Part shown: piece after piece, positions 12,362 to 24,398 of the stretch | How the letters are laid out: the number at the start of each line of letters is the position of its first letter | Position numbering within the stretch: the first letter of the stretch is position 1 | Source of the DNA: Antechinus flavipes | Lineage: Eukaryota | Assembly: GCF_016432865.1 (NCBI RefSeq) | Contig: NC_067398.1 | Coordinates: 483,662,001 to 483,726,000, forward strand | DNA: 64,000 bases | Reading direction: 5' to 3' | Position numbers and translations under genes: made by a program | Notes under the pieces: model-generated | The model's database searches: none | Seen by the model: the letters and a program-made list of their open reading frames with translations, nothing else | What the model was told of the DNA's origin: nothing

Positions 12362-12559
12362 CAGTCATTTTTCAAGGCAATATTTTTTACTAGTCACCCA
12401 CTTGGACCTCCCTGTGCTCTCCACCTTGTAGGTCTAGAACGATAATCAAATTATTTCTTTAATTTCTCCTAAAAAACATGTCAGGCTATTCTTTTGTAAT
12501 TCTGTGGTGTGTGCTTGTAATTTTTCAAACCAGAATACTGCTCTTCTATATATGTATTG

Positions 12560-13450
12560 TCTTCTCTGTTCTCTGAGTTCATTGAGGGCATGGGCTATAT
12601 TTTTCAGCACTTAGCACAATGCTTAACACATAATAAGTTCTTAAAATGTTTTTTTGTTTCATTCACTTACAGAATATACACAAAATGAATAAGAGGTAAT
12701 TTTTGGAGGGAGTAAATAAGAGGTGAGAGGTATTATAAAAGGCTTCATGTAGAACATAGTGCTTGAGCTGAGTTTTGAAAAATTCTGAGAAAGTCTCGTT
12801 AGAAGGCAGGAAGACTGTTGGTATAAAGTCATTGTTATGGAAGATAGAGTGTTGTGAATGAGAAACAAGAGGCCAGTATGGTCCATAAAGTAGGTGGAGG
12901 GGATAATGTCTTAAGAGGCATTATTAGAAGGGACCAGGTTATAAAGAACTTTAAATGGCGTAGGAGTTTACATTTGATTCCAGAAGTAAAATCACTGGAG
13001 TTTATTGGGAGAAAGATGTAATATAGTCAGACTTGTGCTTTTAGGCAAACCACTTTGGCAGTTGTGTGGAGGATGAAATAGAATGGGGAAAGACTTGACA
13101 CAAGGAGACTTTTTAGGTTCTGTTGCAGTAGTTCAAGTAATAAGGACCTGAACCCTAGAGTAGGGCCTGTGTGGATGAACATAAAGGTAAGATGTTGTGG
13201 AGATAGAACAAGATTTAACAATTGGTTGGATTGATAAGAGTAAATGAGAATGAGGAGTTGAGGACGGTAAAAAGGTTGTGAACCTGGGTAAACAATTAGA
13301 AGAATAGGAAATTTATAAGGTATGTTTAGGAGGAAAGTTAATGAGTTCTGTTTTGGACATGTGTTTCAGGTTCCATTTTAAAATGTTTAAAACACATTTG
13401 TTGTTGAGGAGCTCAGAAGACAGTGCAGGTGGATAAATGGATTTGGGAGT
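12560..13450. mobile_element. L2 fragments (3' end on +, then an antisense fragment)
   Basis: cagcacttagcacaatgcttaacacataataag L2 terminus, followed by purine-rich antisense L2. Confidence 0.6.
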
Positions 13451-13468
13451 CATTTTTGTAGTTTACTT

Positions 13469-16006
13469 TTTTCTGTTTAATTTAATTTATTTATTTAATA
13501 TTTTTCTTCAATTATATTCAAAATAAAGAAAAATTAAAATCCTCAAGAAAAATTAAATTTAAAAAAAAGAAAGAGAAAATGCTTCAATCTTATTCAGACA
13601 ATAATTTCCTTCTCTGGGTACAGACAGGATATTTCATCATAAGTCCTTCAGAATAGTCCTGGATGATTGTACTACTGAGAATAGCAAAGTCATTCATAGC
13701 TGGTTATTGCAGAACATTGCTATTATTTTGTATACAGCACATTTCACTTAGCTTGAGTTCATGAAGGACTTTTCAGATTTTTTTTTCTCCTGGGAGCATC
13801 CCACTCATCACCCATAGAACAGTAATATTCCATTGTAAATATACATTACAGTTTATTGAACCATTCCCTAATTGATAGGCATCCCTTCAATTTCTAATTT
13901 TGTTGCCCTGAGAAGAGAGCTGCTATAAATATTTTTTGTACAAATAGGTCATTTTACTTTTTTTTTTTTTTTAAATTTCGTATTCATGCCAAATAGTGGT
14001 GATATTAGGTCAAAGGATATAAGTGAATTTATAGCTCTTTGGGCACAGATCATATCTTGATTTTTTTGTCATTTGGAGCATGTCTCTTATTTTTTATAAA
14101 TTTGACTTGTTTTCCTCTGTATTTGAGAAATGAAGCCTTATCAAAGAAATTTGCTTCAAAATTCATTTTACAATTACTATTGCTAACTGTATTCGCCTCC
14201 CTCCCATTTATTCTTTTTCTCCTTTCACCCTATCCCTCCTCAAAAGTGTTTTGGTACTGATCACTACCCTCCCCTGATATATCCTCTCTTTTACCATCCT
14301 CTTTCCCCTCCCATATCTCATTCTCCTCCTATTTTCCTGCAGGATAAAATAGATTTTTATACTCTTATTGAGTATGTATATTATTTCCTCTTTGAACCAG
14401 TTCTAATAAGGGTAAAGTTCAGTTTTGCTGGGTAAGTGATTCTTGGTTGCAATCGTATTCCAAGTCTTCTGGTCCTTTAATATAGAAGCTGCTAAATTTT
14501 GTGTTATCCTGACTGTGGCGCCACTATACATAGTATGAATTGTTTCTTTCTGGATACTTGGCAATATTTTCTCCTTGACCTGGGAGTTCCAGAATTTGGC
14601 TATCGTATTCCTGGGAATTTTCATTTTGGGATCTCTTTCAGAAGATAATCAGTGGTTTCTTTCAATTTCTATTTTACCTTCTGGTTCCAGAATATCAGGA
14701 CACTTTTTTTTTTTTAATCATTTCTTGGGAAAATGATGCCCAGGCTCTTTTTTTGATCATGGCTTTCAGGTATGCCAATGATTTTAAAATTCTTTATCCT
14801 GGATCTTGTTTTTCTAGTGAGATATTTCACACTTTTTTCTGGTTTTTTCTTTTTTTGGTTTTGCTTTATTGGATCTTGATTTCTCATGAAGTCATTAGCT
14901 TCCATTTGCTCAATTCTATTTTTTTAAAGAATTATTTTCCTCAGGGGGTTTTTGTATCTTCTTTCTCAATTTGCTAATTTTGCTTTTTTAAGGCATTCTT
15001 CTCATTAACTTTTTGTATTTCCTTTTGCACCTCTCTCAATTCTTTCCCAAAGTTTTCCTTTGTCTCTCTTACTTGATTTTCAAAGTCCTTTTTGAGCTCT
15101 TTCATGGCCTGAGTACAATTCTTATTTTTTTTTTTGGAGGCTTTGATATAGGAGCTTTGACTTTGTTATTAGCTGAGTGTGTGCTCTTTGTCCCATAATA
15201 ACTTTTAGTGGTCAGAAACTTTGTTTTCCTTGACTTTTAACATTTTGATAAAGTAGGTTTCCAGGATGGAAGGTACATTGTTCCAAGCTTCAGGTATGTT
15301 GCGCAGCTGTTTTCAGAGATCCTTCTAGGAACCTGACCATAAGCCCTCTTTTCTGCTCTGGAGCTTTTAAAGTGATCTTGTACTATATTTTTAAGATCTA
15401 GTGTGTGAGCTCTGCTTTGCTCAGACTATGAGTGAGGCTGCACTGGAACAGCCTCCCTTGGATTACACAACAGACTCTCACTCCTCCTCTGTCTGATCCT
15501 CCCTCTCCACTGATCTTCTGAGTCCCTCTTGATATTCCTGGGCCAAGCAGTCCAGAAGCTTCTAGTCCTACTGCTGATTCAGAGGTTCTGCCTTGGTGTT
15601 GCTTCCGCTGGGCTGGGGCTGGGGCTGCACTGGCACAGCCTGTGCTGGGATAGTGTGCTAGGTTCCCACCCTGGTTCCATAGTCTTTTTCTGCTGAATTT
15701 CTAGGTCCTCTTTGGTGTCTCTGTGCTGAGAGACCTGGAAGCCATCAGTACTACAGTAGCTCATTGAGAGTTTGGGCTGGAGCTGGCCTGCACTGGGACT
15801 TGAAGGCTGGACTCCCCACACTGGTGTCACAGAGTTTTTCTGCTGACCTAAATTGCTTTCAGCAGGAAGATGCTCTACTGGGTCTTTTTGACTGTTTTGA
15901 TGCTCTAAAATTTGCTTAGAGACATTATTTAAAGGAATTTGGAGCAATTTTGGGGGAGAGGCTGGGAAAGTTCCTGCCTTTACTCCACCATTTTGACCTG
16001 GGTTCC
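13469..16006 (-). mobile_element. L1-derived element with 5'UTR, degraded ORF1 and 3' end but almost no ORF2 (HAL1-like architecture)
   Basis: TSD AGTTTACTT at 13460-13468 and 16007-16015; ORF1 remnants in ORFs 14403-14624 and 14714-14905 (KIIGIPESHDQKKSL); ORF2 C-terminal remnant about 13700-14160. Confidence 0.75.
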
Positions 16007-16632
16007 AGTTTACTTAATTTTTTAAAAGTCATTTGATAAGATTCCATTTAATTCTATTAAAATAATGGAGAAATATTAGGCTAGACAGTAGGTCTTGGTT
16101 AAAATGTTGAGGATTTTTAGTTTTTTTTTTTTTTAGCAGAGAAGAAACAGCTGCAAGCATTTGAAATAGCATTTTTAAATTTACTTTTTGAAAAAGTATT
16201 AATGTGAAACTTGGAAAAGTGGTTCCTAGGAGTGAGGTGAAAGATGTGTTTGAGATTCAGGAAAATTAACTAGTATTTAGAGTTATTTAAAGTAAAATTG
16301 GCTGCCTTGATATGAGTTTCCCCTCATTGCAAGATCTTCAGAGAGAATCTGATAGACCATTTCTTCAATATGTTGTAGAGTTGATTTTCTTTCATGTGTA
16401 TATTAGCTCCTGAGTTTTCTTCATACTCTAATTCTGGGAATGGGATTGTATTGCACAAAAGTGATGTCCTTAGTATTTTTTTCTCAGCATATTTATAATT
16501 CTGCATATTTTTCCTGCAAATGCTATGCTACTAATTGAATACTTAATAACTAATATTAGATTCCTTAAATATACAGGAAAAAAATTCTGGTTTTATTCTC
16601 AGATTTATCCATGTTTAAATTTTCCTTTCTAG

Positions 16633-16748
16633 CTGATATCAAGAAAAGGTTTGAGTCGATCACTATTTTCTGCAACTAAAAAATGGTTCAGTGGCAGTAA
16701 AGTTCCAGAAAAGAGCATCAATGAGCTAAAGAATACATCTGGGTTGCT
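16633..16748 (+). CDS. TRAPPC8: TRAPPC8 window exon 6 (116 nt, phase 0-2)
   Basis: LISRKGLSRSLFSATKKWFSGSKVPEKSINELKNTSGL; ttctag / gtgagt. Confidence 0.95.
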
Positions 16749-17651
16749 GTGAGTAAAATTTCAGTGTCTTATTGAATGAGTATGTATAACTTAATTGTCT
16801 TTTAAAAAATCCTAAAATTTTGTTAACAGATTTAAATTATTTCATTAACAATTAGCAACATGAATATTTAAAGTCATGGCATATTTCAGAAAGCTTTTAA
16901 GTGCATAAATATCTAAAAATAGTTAGTTATGTGATCTTAGGTAATTTGCATGCCATATTTGTTCCTATATTTGCTCCCCCCAATTTAATTTGTATGAAAT
17001 ACTGTGTTTCATAATTTTTCTGTGTGTGGATATGTATATGTGCGTGCGTGCACATGCATGTGCGTGCAATTTGATTTTAAAAAGATCTCATTATGGTCAG
17101 CCAGTAAATATTAAATATCTACTATGTATCAAGCACTGTGCTGCCCACTGGGGATACAAGAAAAGGCAAAATACAATCCCTTCTGTCAAGCAGGTCACAA
17201 GGTAATGGGGATGATGATGGACTGAGAGTGAGCATTTTTGTCCAGATCACCCAGCACATATTCTTCCAGAAAACATGTTGGACTGAATTCTGAATGGGAA
17301 GGCTAAGGAAAGTCACAGTGAGTCATTTCTCCAGCCCAGAACAGCTTAGGAAGGCAGCAAGGTGTGTAGATAAACTGAGGGTGGGAGCTGCCAGGAGTGT
17401 AACATGATATAAGCATAGATAGGATCTAGAGCATTTAGAACTAGGGAACTGAGGTAGAGCAGTGTAACAGGAAGCACTGGAGCAAAAAATGTTCCAACGG
17501 GATTTCTCATTAGGGACAAGAACAAATGATATCTGGTATTTTTGCCACCTATTTACTAGTTCTGTATCACAGATCTAGAGTGCAGAGGAGTAGTCTCAGC
17601 TAGTTGTAGGGTCCTAGCTGAGTACCAGCACAATACAAATTCCAGAAACTT

Positions 17652-17986
17652 TTTATTTTTTAAATAATAGCTTTTTATTTTTGAAATACATGCAAAGGTA
17701 ATTTTCAGCGTTTGCTCTTGCAAAACCTTGTGTTCCAAAATTTTCTCTCTCCCTTCCTCCCCACCTTCTTCCCTAGACAGCAAGTGATCCAATATGTTAA
17801 ACATGTGAAATTCTTCTATACATGTTTCCATATTTATCATGCTGCACAAGAAAAATCAGATCAAGAAAGAAAAAAATGAGGAAAAAAAAGTTGAAAATAC
17901 TATGTTGTGATCCACATTCAGTCCCCACAATCCTCTTTCAAGATGCAGATGGCTCTCTCCATCACAAGTCTTTTGGAATTGACTTG
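17652..17986 (-). mobile_element. L1 3' end with perfect 16-bp TSD
   Basis: CAAATTCCAGAAACTT at 17636-17651 and 17987-18002; T-rich tail. Confidence 0.88.
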
Positions 17987-19274
17987 CAAATTCCAGAAAC
18001 TTAACCACGTGTATCCAAGCCCAGGAGAAGAGTGGCAAATCAATTTTAACCTTTAGCCCAGCACATAAGTCCATAGTGGAAAAGTAGGACGGGAAAGAAG
18101 AAAGGAGAGCCAGTGATTCAATTGCTGTGAACTTGCAAAACCTCTCAGCAGGCTAACAATGGCTGAATTCAGCAATAGTTGAATACAACTCAACTATGTA
18201 TAAACCAACAGTCCCAAATCTGTATTAGGAACTTTGAAAGCTTGGACCAAGACAGCAGTGTACAAACTTTCTCTGAATCAAACCACTTTGAAAGCACTGG
18301 ACATTTTAAAGCTCTCAGAGCACACTATGAAAACAACAGAAGCTCGGGCTAGACTTCTGCCTCAGGAGTGAGCAAAATCCAACATTAACAAAGTACAAAG
18401 TCAAGAAATAGTGGAAGAATTAGTATATGTAAAAAGCAACTGATTATAAAGAGCTACAATGGTGATAGGGAAACTCAAGCAAACAGAAGAGGATAGTGAC
18501 TTAAAAACACCTCTACAAGCAAAACTCAAAGGAAAAATGCCATTGAACATAAGCACAAGAATTATCAGAAGAGCTAAAGAGATTTTAAAAAAGGAACAAA
18601 TAATTATTTTAGAAACTGTATAAGAATTGTATAGGGAAAAATGGGAAAAGAAATAGGAAGCATATAATAGTTATGAAAAAAGAATTAGCAAATAGCTGAG
18701 TTTTAAAAAAGTACAAAAACTTACTGACGAAAATAACTCATTAAAAACTAATGTAAACCAAATCAAGCTAGTGACTCCATAAGACATCAAGAAATAATAA
18801 AACAAAGTTAAAAGACTGAACAAAATAGAAGAAAATATGAAATATCTGATTGGAAGAACAATTGATTCGGAAAGTATATCAAAGAGATGATTTAAGAAAC
18901 ATTGGTTTCCTTAAAAGCTGTGAACAAAACAGGAGCTTAGCTATCATATTTCAAGAAATTGTAAAGGCAGACTGCCCGGATATCTTAGAACAAGAAAGTA
19001 AAGTGGAAATTGAAAAAATCCACTGATCACCACCTGAAAGATACCCCAAAATGGAAATTCCCAGGATTTAATTTAGCCAAAATCCATAACCCCCATGTTA
19101 AGGAATAAATAATATAAGCAGCCAGAAAAAAGAATTCAAGTGTCATGGACCAATACATATTAACAACTACCACTAGAAAAATAATGGAGGACTTGGAATG
19201 TCATATTCTAGAAGCCAAAAGATTAAGGATTGCAAACAAAAAGTAACAAATCCAGAAAAACTGAATATATTCTT

Positions 19275-19741
19275 TTTTTTTTTTAAATTTTTATTTAATA
19301 ATTACTTTATATTGACAGAATCCATGCCAGGGTAATTTTTTTACAACATTATCCCTTGCACTCATTTCTGTTCCGATTTTTCCCCTCCCTCCCTCCACCC
19401 CCTCCCCTAGATGGCAAGCAGTCCTATATATGTTGGATATGTTGCAGTATATCCTAGATACAATATATGTTTGCAGAACCGAACAGTTCTCTTGTTACGC
19501 AGGGAGAATTGGATTCAGAAGGTATAAATAACCCGGGAAGAAAAACAAAAATGCAGATAGTTCACATTCGTTTCCCAGTGTTCTTTCTTTGGGTGTAGCT
19601 GCTTCTGTCCGTCATTTATCAATTGAAACTCAGTTAGGTCTCTTTGTCAAAGAAATCCACTTCCATCAAAATATGTCCTCATACAATATCGTTGTCGAAG
19701 TGTATAATGATCTCCTGGTTCTGCTCATTTCACTTAGCATC
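19275..19741 (-). mobile_element. Young L1 3' end with 19-bp TSD (1 mismatch)
   Basis: AAAAACTG(A/C)ATATATTCTT at 19256-19274 and 19742-19760; same 3'UTR as 24399-25449. Confidence 0.9.
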
Positions 19742-22700
19742 AAAAACTGCATATATTCTTACGATGGGAAAAATAGACATTTGAGAAATTGAAATAATGT
19801 ACTAGGAGAGACAACAAATAAATAATTATACAGATAAGCTATATATATATATATTGTATAAAAAGGAAGTAATTAACAGGGAAGGCATTAGAATTAAGAG
19901 AGTTTGGGAAAGATTTCCTGTAAAGATGGAATTTTAGTTTGAACTTAAAGGAAATATGCAGAGTTGAAAAAGCAGAGCATTCCAGGCATGGGGGCTGTCA
20001 GAAAAAATGCTCTGAGAGGAAAAATGGAGTGCATTGTTCATGGAACATCAAGAAGGCCACTGTAATTGAATTTAAGATTATGTGGTAGGGAATAAGATTT
20101 ATCAGTATTTGGAAGATAGGTGACTAGATAGTGCCACTAAAACTATTTAGTATTTGATCCTGGATGTGATAGGGAGCCATTAGAGCTTATTTAATAGGAA
20201 GTGACGTAGCTTAACTTGTACTTTAGGAGAATCACTTTGGTGTCTTAATGAAGAATATATTGGAATGAGCAGAGATTTGAGGCAAGCCAGTCCACAAATT
20301 GTAATAGTTAAGACATAAAGTGATGGGAGCCTGTCCTATGGCAGTGTCATAGCAAAAGGGACATATTCAAGAATTTGCAAAAGTTAAATCCAGAGGGGGT
20401 GGAGCAGGGAAAGAAAGAGGGAGGGAAGAAGGAAGAGAAGAATCCAAGATGACTTCTACATTGTGAGTTTGAGAGACTGGGAGAATAACATTTCCCTCCC
20501 CCCCAAAAAACTTCCTCCTCCCCCTCCTCTCCAGGTAATAGGGACTGTAGAAAGACAGGATTTAGAGGACCAGATCAAAAGTTCAGTTTTGAATATTTAA
20601 GTTGTTTACTGAAATTCCAGTTTGAGGTGTCTGGAAAGACAATGGAGATGCTAGATTGGAAGAAAGCAGAAGTGTTACAGCACAATAGGTAGATTTGCAA
20701 ATTAATCAGTATAGAAATGAATGGAAATTAAATCTGTGGGAGCTGATAAGATCACCAAGTGAAATGTAAAAAAGGGGAAAGAGAAGAGAGTTATGAATAG
20801 AACTCTCTGGGGCTTCTATGGCAAGATGGTAGGGTACAGTAGGAGTATCTGGCGATGAGACTGAGAAGGAATTGCTTGATAGACAAGAATAAAATCAGAA
20901 GACAGTGGTGTTCTGGAAATGTAGAGAGAAGAGAATATCAAGGAGATCAACAGTTTCAGAAGATGTAGAGATGTTGAGAACGACGAAGATTGAGAAAAAG
21001 TCATCAATTAAGAGATCATTTGTAATTTTGGAGAGATCCATTGTAGTGGAATGATAAAGTTGGAAACTGGATTATAAAGGGTTAAGAATAGCATGAGAAG
21101 AAAGAAAATGGAGGTGCTTATGGTAGACATCCTTTTCAAGAAGAAAAAGGTAGGCTACCTTTTCAAAGGTAGAAGGGGTATTATATGACTGTTGGATAAA
21201 AGATTAAGTGAGGATTTTTCAAGAGCCATGGGAGTGTTAGAAGGTGGTAGGGAATGAATCAATAGAAAAAAATTTTTAAATGATAAAATGGGGGTGATAG
21301 GGTGCAGTCTATAAGAACAAATGGAATGGAATAAGATCTTTTGTGCAGTTGAAGGGTTAGTTTTTGTAAAGAGTAAGTCCACTACATGTGAGAGAATGGA
21401 AAAGCTAGAGATAGTAGCAGCAGGGATCTATATGATAGGAGATAAAGAAGAGGGGATAAGAGGCAACTCATAGTAAATGACCTCAATTTTTTTCCCCCCT
21501 GTAAAATAGGAGGCAAGGAGCTCAGCTGAGAGAGTAGGGCAAAGTGGAGACTTTGAGAGAGAAATGAAAACGTGTGAGAGAGCTTCTCTGGACAGTGGGA
21601 TAGGGAATTAATAAAGGAGGGTTACTTTGTGGTATGGAGGACACAGTTTAACTTGTACAACATAAATTTGTAGTAGATCCAGAACAGTTGTGCAATTTTT
21701 TTCACTTTGGTTCAGCAGCATTTATATAGGAGCTAAGGCAGAGGATTGTGGAATTGAGCCATGATTGAGGCTTGGGCATGGTGTGGTTGTCAGTATGATA
21801 AGAGGGCTAGGGAATAAAGAAGACAGTGTAGCGTTGAACTGGTTTTTCACCGAATCAAGATGGGTGAAGTATAGAGTGTGGCAAATACAGGAGAGATGAC
21901 CTAGAAGAGAACTGAAGAGTGGCCGAAGTAGAAGTGATAGATATAGATGAAGAGTACGTTTTGGTAAAGGGTAGGCAGATGGAGAGATGAAAAGTCAGGA
22001 GATTATAGTTAGCTAAAAGGATTTTAGAGTTCTTGAACATGGAATTGATACATTTGTGACTTGGTAAGAATGATATGATCATCTTGATGTATAACTGACA
22101 TCAGTTGGAGGAATAAGTCATGGGAAGTGAGTAGCTTAAAGAACTGAATGGTCACGGTGTTTGAGGGAGAGCCAGTGTATATGTTGAAGTTCTCAAGTTT
22201 GAACCAAGGAATTGAACAGAAGAGAAAAAATTGTGAGCCAGTTACTGAAGTTATTGAGAAGAAAAAAGAATGTCCTAGAGGTCTATAGACAATAACTATC
22301 AGGATTTGATTAGGTAGTAGATTGGAATTACATGAAACTCAAAGGAGGAAAGGATTCTGGGTGGTAAAGGTAAGGAGAGAACGTTTTAAACTAATCTACT
22401 GAAACAGAAGTTTATAATCACTGGAATGTATAGGATATGACTTAGTATGTGATACTCCTCTTCCCACAGGGAACTGGAAATTGGGGCTGTGTACAAGAGT
22501 AGCTTGAGATAGAAGGCACAGAGAATCAAATGTATTTTATTCTTGGTAGGATCCCATATTGGAGTAATGTCATGACTTTCCATAGTCTAAGAGTACGACT
22601 GCCTCTTTTTATAGATGACAAAAACTAAAGTACTTCAAGCACTAGGATGCTGTTATTCTATAGTAAAATTTCTTAAAACTGATTTTTGAACCTGGAAATT

Positions 22701-23146
22701 ATTTGATATTTTTATGCTTACTGTGAAAGTTTTTTGATTTAATATAAAGTGTATATGAATACATTAGTAATACATTTCAGTTTTATCAATTCAACTTATT
22801 TATATAAAAATATAATCCCTTCTGGCTTTTCTCTGCAGTGTTTAAGATTATATAAAACTTGAATGTTCCTGAATTAAGCCAAGATTCCCAGATGCTCATA
22901 ATTTGGCCACAGAGAAAATCCTCATGCTGTGGAGGAATTCCCATTGTGGGGCTATATACTAATTAAATATGGAAGCAACCTTCTGTTTCTAACTGTCTTG
23001 GAGAAATGAAACTATCTTTTTGGTGGTGGGTGCCTTGTGATAGGAAGCATTTTAATCAGAGTGATTCATATCAACATTTTGTAATGGTTTGTATTTTGAA
23101 GGGGAAAATGTAAATGGAAATATTTTTTCTTAATATATATTTGCAG

Positions 23147-23297
23147 ATATCCACCAGAAGCACCAGAACTACAAATCAGGAAAATGGCTGACTTGTGTTT
23201 TTTAGTGCAACATTATGACTTGGCATACAGTTGCTATCATACTGCGAAAAAGGATTTTCTGAATGATCAAGCAATGTTATATGCAGCTGGTGCTTTG
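23147..23297 (+). CDS. TRAPPC8: TRAPPC8 window exon 7 (151 nt, phase 2-0)
   Basis: (L)YPPEAPELQIRKMADLCFLVQHYDLAYSCYHTAKKDFLNDQAMLYAAGAL; ttgcag / gttggt. Confidence 0.95.
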
Positions 23298-23452
23298 GTT
23301 GGTATAGAACAATGATAAAATTTATGATCCTTAGATCATTTAAATTAAAAGCTTTGGTTATGAAGTATAACAGTACTTTAAGGGCAGCAAAAGAAAATTC
23401 CTTAGGACTATATAAGCATTAGTTAAGTGGCTTCTTTAATTTTTGCCCTTTA

Positions 23453-23698
23453 GCCTGACATGGTGGAGCATGCCTGTAGTTCTTGCTACTTGGGATGCTT
23501 AAGTTGGTGGATCACTTAAGCTCAGGTGTTTTCACCTTCAGTAGGAATAGAGCTAATCAGGCATTATTTCTAAGACTGACACAGATAGGTTGAATGAAGC
23601 TCTAGGGTTAAGGGTGAGGGAGGGGGGATTGGGTGGGTGATTGCTATGCTTCCAGCCTGAGTGAGAGATAGGGAGGACCAGTCTCTTTTTTAAAAAAA
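23453..23698 (+). mobile_element. 7SL (SRP RNA)-derived retroposon, internally deleted
   Basis: gcctgacatggtggagcatgcctgtagttcttgctacttggga matches the 7SL 5' Alu domain; ttccagcctgag...gatagggaggaccagtctc matches the 3' end; short A tail. Confidence 0.75.
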
Positions 23699-24227
23699 TG
23701 ATGTAATTGAACTTTATGGACTTAAAATTATCCAATGATAATTTGTAGTTAGGTGTTATACTTCTGAATTTAAAGTTGGTCAATATATTAGATTTGATTT
23801 CTTTTAAGTTTTTTGTTTATTTATCAAATACCTGCTGACTGTATTAATTTTAATGTTTAGTTGCTGAGTGCAAATAGAATCTCCTAATTTCTAAACCAGT
23901 ACTTTTTCTGTTGTAGCTTAAATTGAATGCTATTTACTTTCAACCCCTGTAGGAAATATTTCAAACATTTAATGTTTGAAAAATGAGATGCTTCCTTTTG
24001 CATTATATGCAAATTATATTCGTTTTTTAAGAATCATTAAAGGACTTGAATTGCTTGATATACTTTTTTTAAAAGTTTAGTTACATTAAATTTCAATGAA
24101 GTAGAAATTTGTGTAATTTCATAGATAATCTTTGTCTAATCCACTTGAACTATTTAAAGCTTCTGATTTAGTAAATAACATGGTATTTCTTCTGAAATAG
24201 CATAAATCATATTTTATTTCACTTCAG

Positions 24228-24328
24228 GAAATGGCAGCAGTGTCAGCTTTTCTTCAGCCTGGAGCACCCAGGCCTTACCCTGCTCATTACATGGATACAG
24301 CAATTCAGACATACAGAGATATATGCAA
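24228..24328 (+). CDS. TRAPPC8: TRAPPC8 window exon 8 (101 nt, phase 0-2)
   Basis: EMAAVSAFLQPGAPRPYPAHYMDTAIQTYRDIC; cttcag / gtaagt. Confidence 0.95.
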
Positions 24329-24398
24329 GTAAGTGATTTTGAACTTTCTTCTATACATTTTTAGATAAAGATTGCTTTCTATAAAGTTGCTGGATTTT

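Larger units (their letters stand above)
17210..19800 (+). mobile_element. Old L1 5' half (5'UTR and degraded ORF1)
   Basis: ORF1-like segment 18760-19260 (gatatcttagaacaagaaagtaaagtggaaattgaaaaaatccactgatcaccacctgaaag), A-rich sense strand. Confidence 0.7.
17095..22380 (-). mobile_element. Long L2 remnant, interrupted at about 17210-19800
   Basis: Antisense L2 3' end at 17095 resumes at about 19803 (taggagagacaac); ORF2-like minus-strand peptides at 20816-22082. Confidence 0.7.

Noticed and set aside
22812-22845. Strong-looking acceptor (cttctggcttttctctgcag) upstream of exon 7
   Set aside because: No convincing donor lies downstream before the real exon, so there is no support for an exon.
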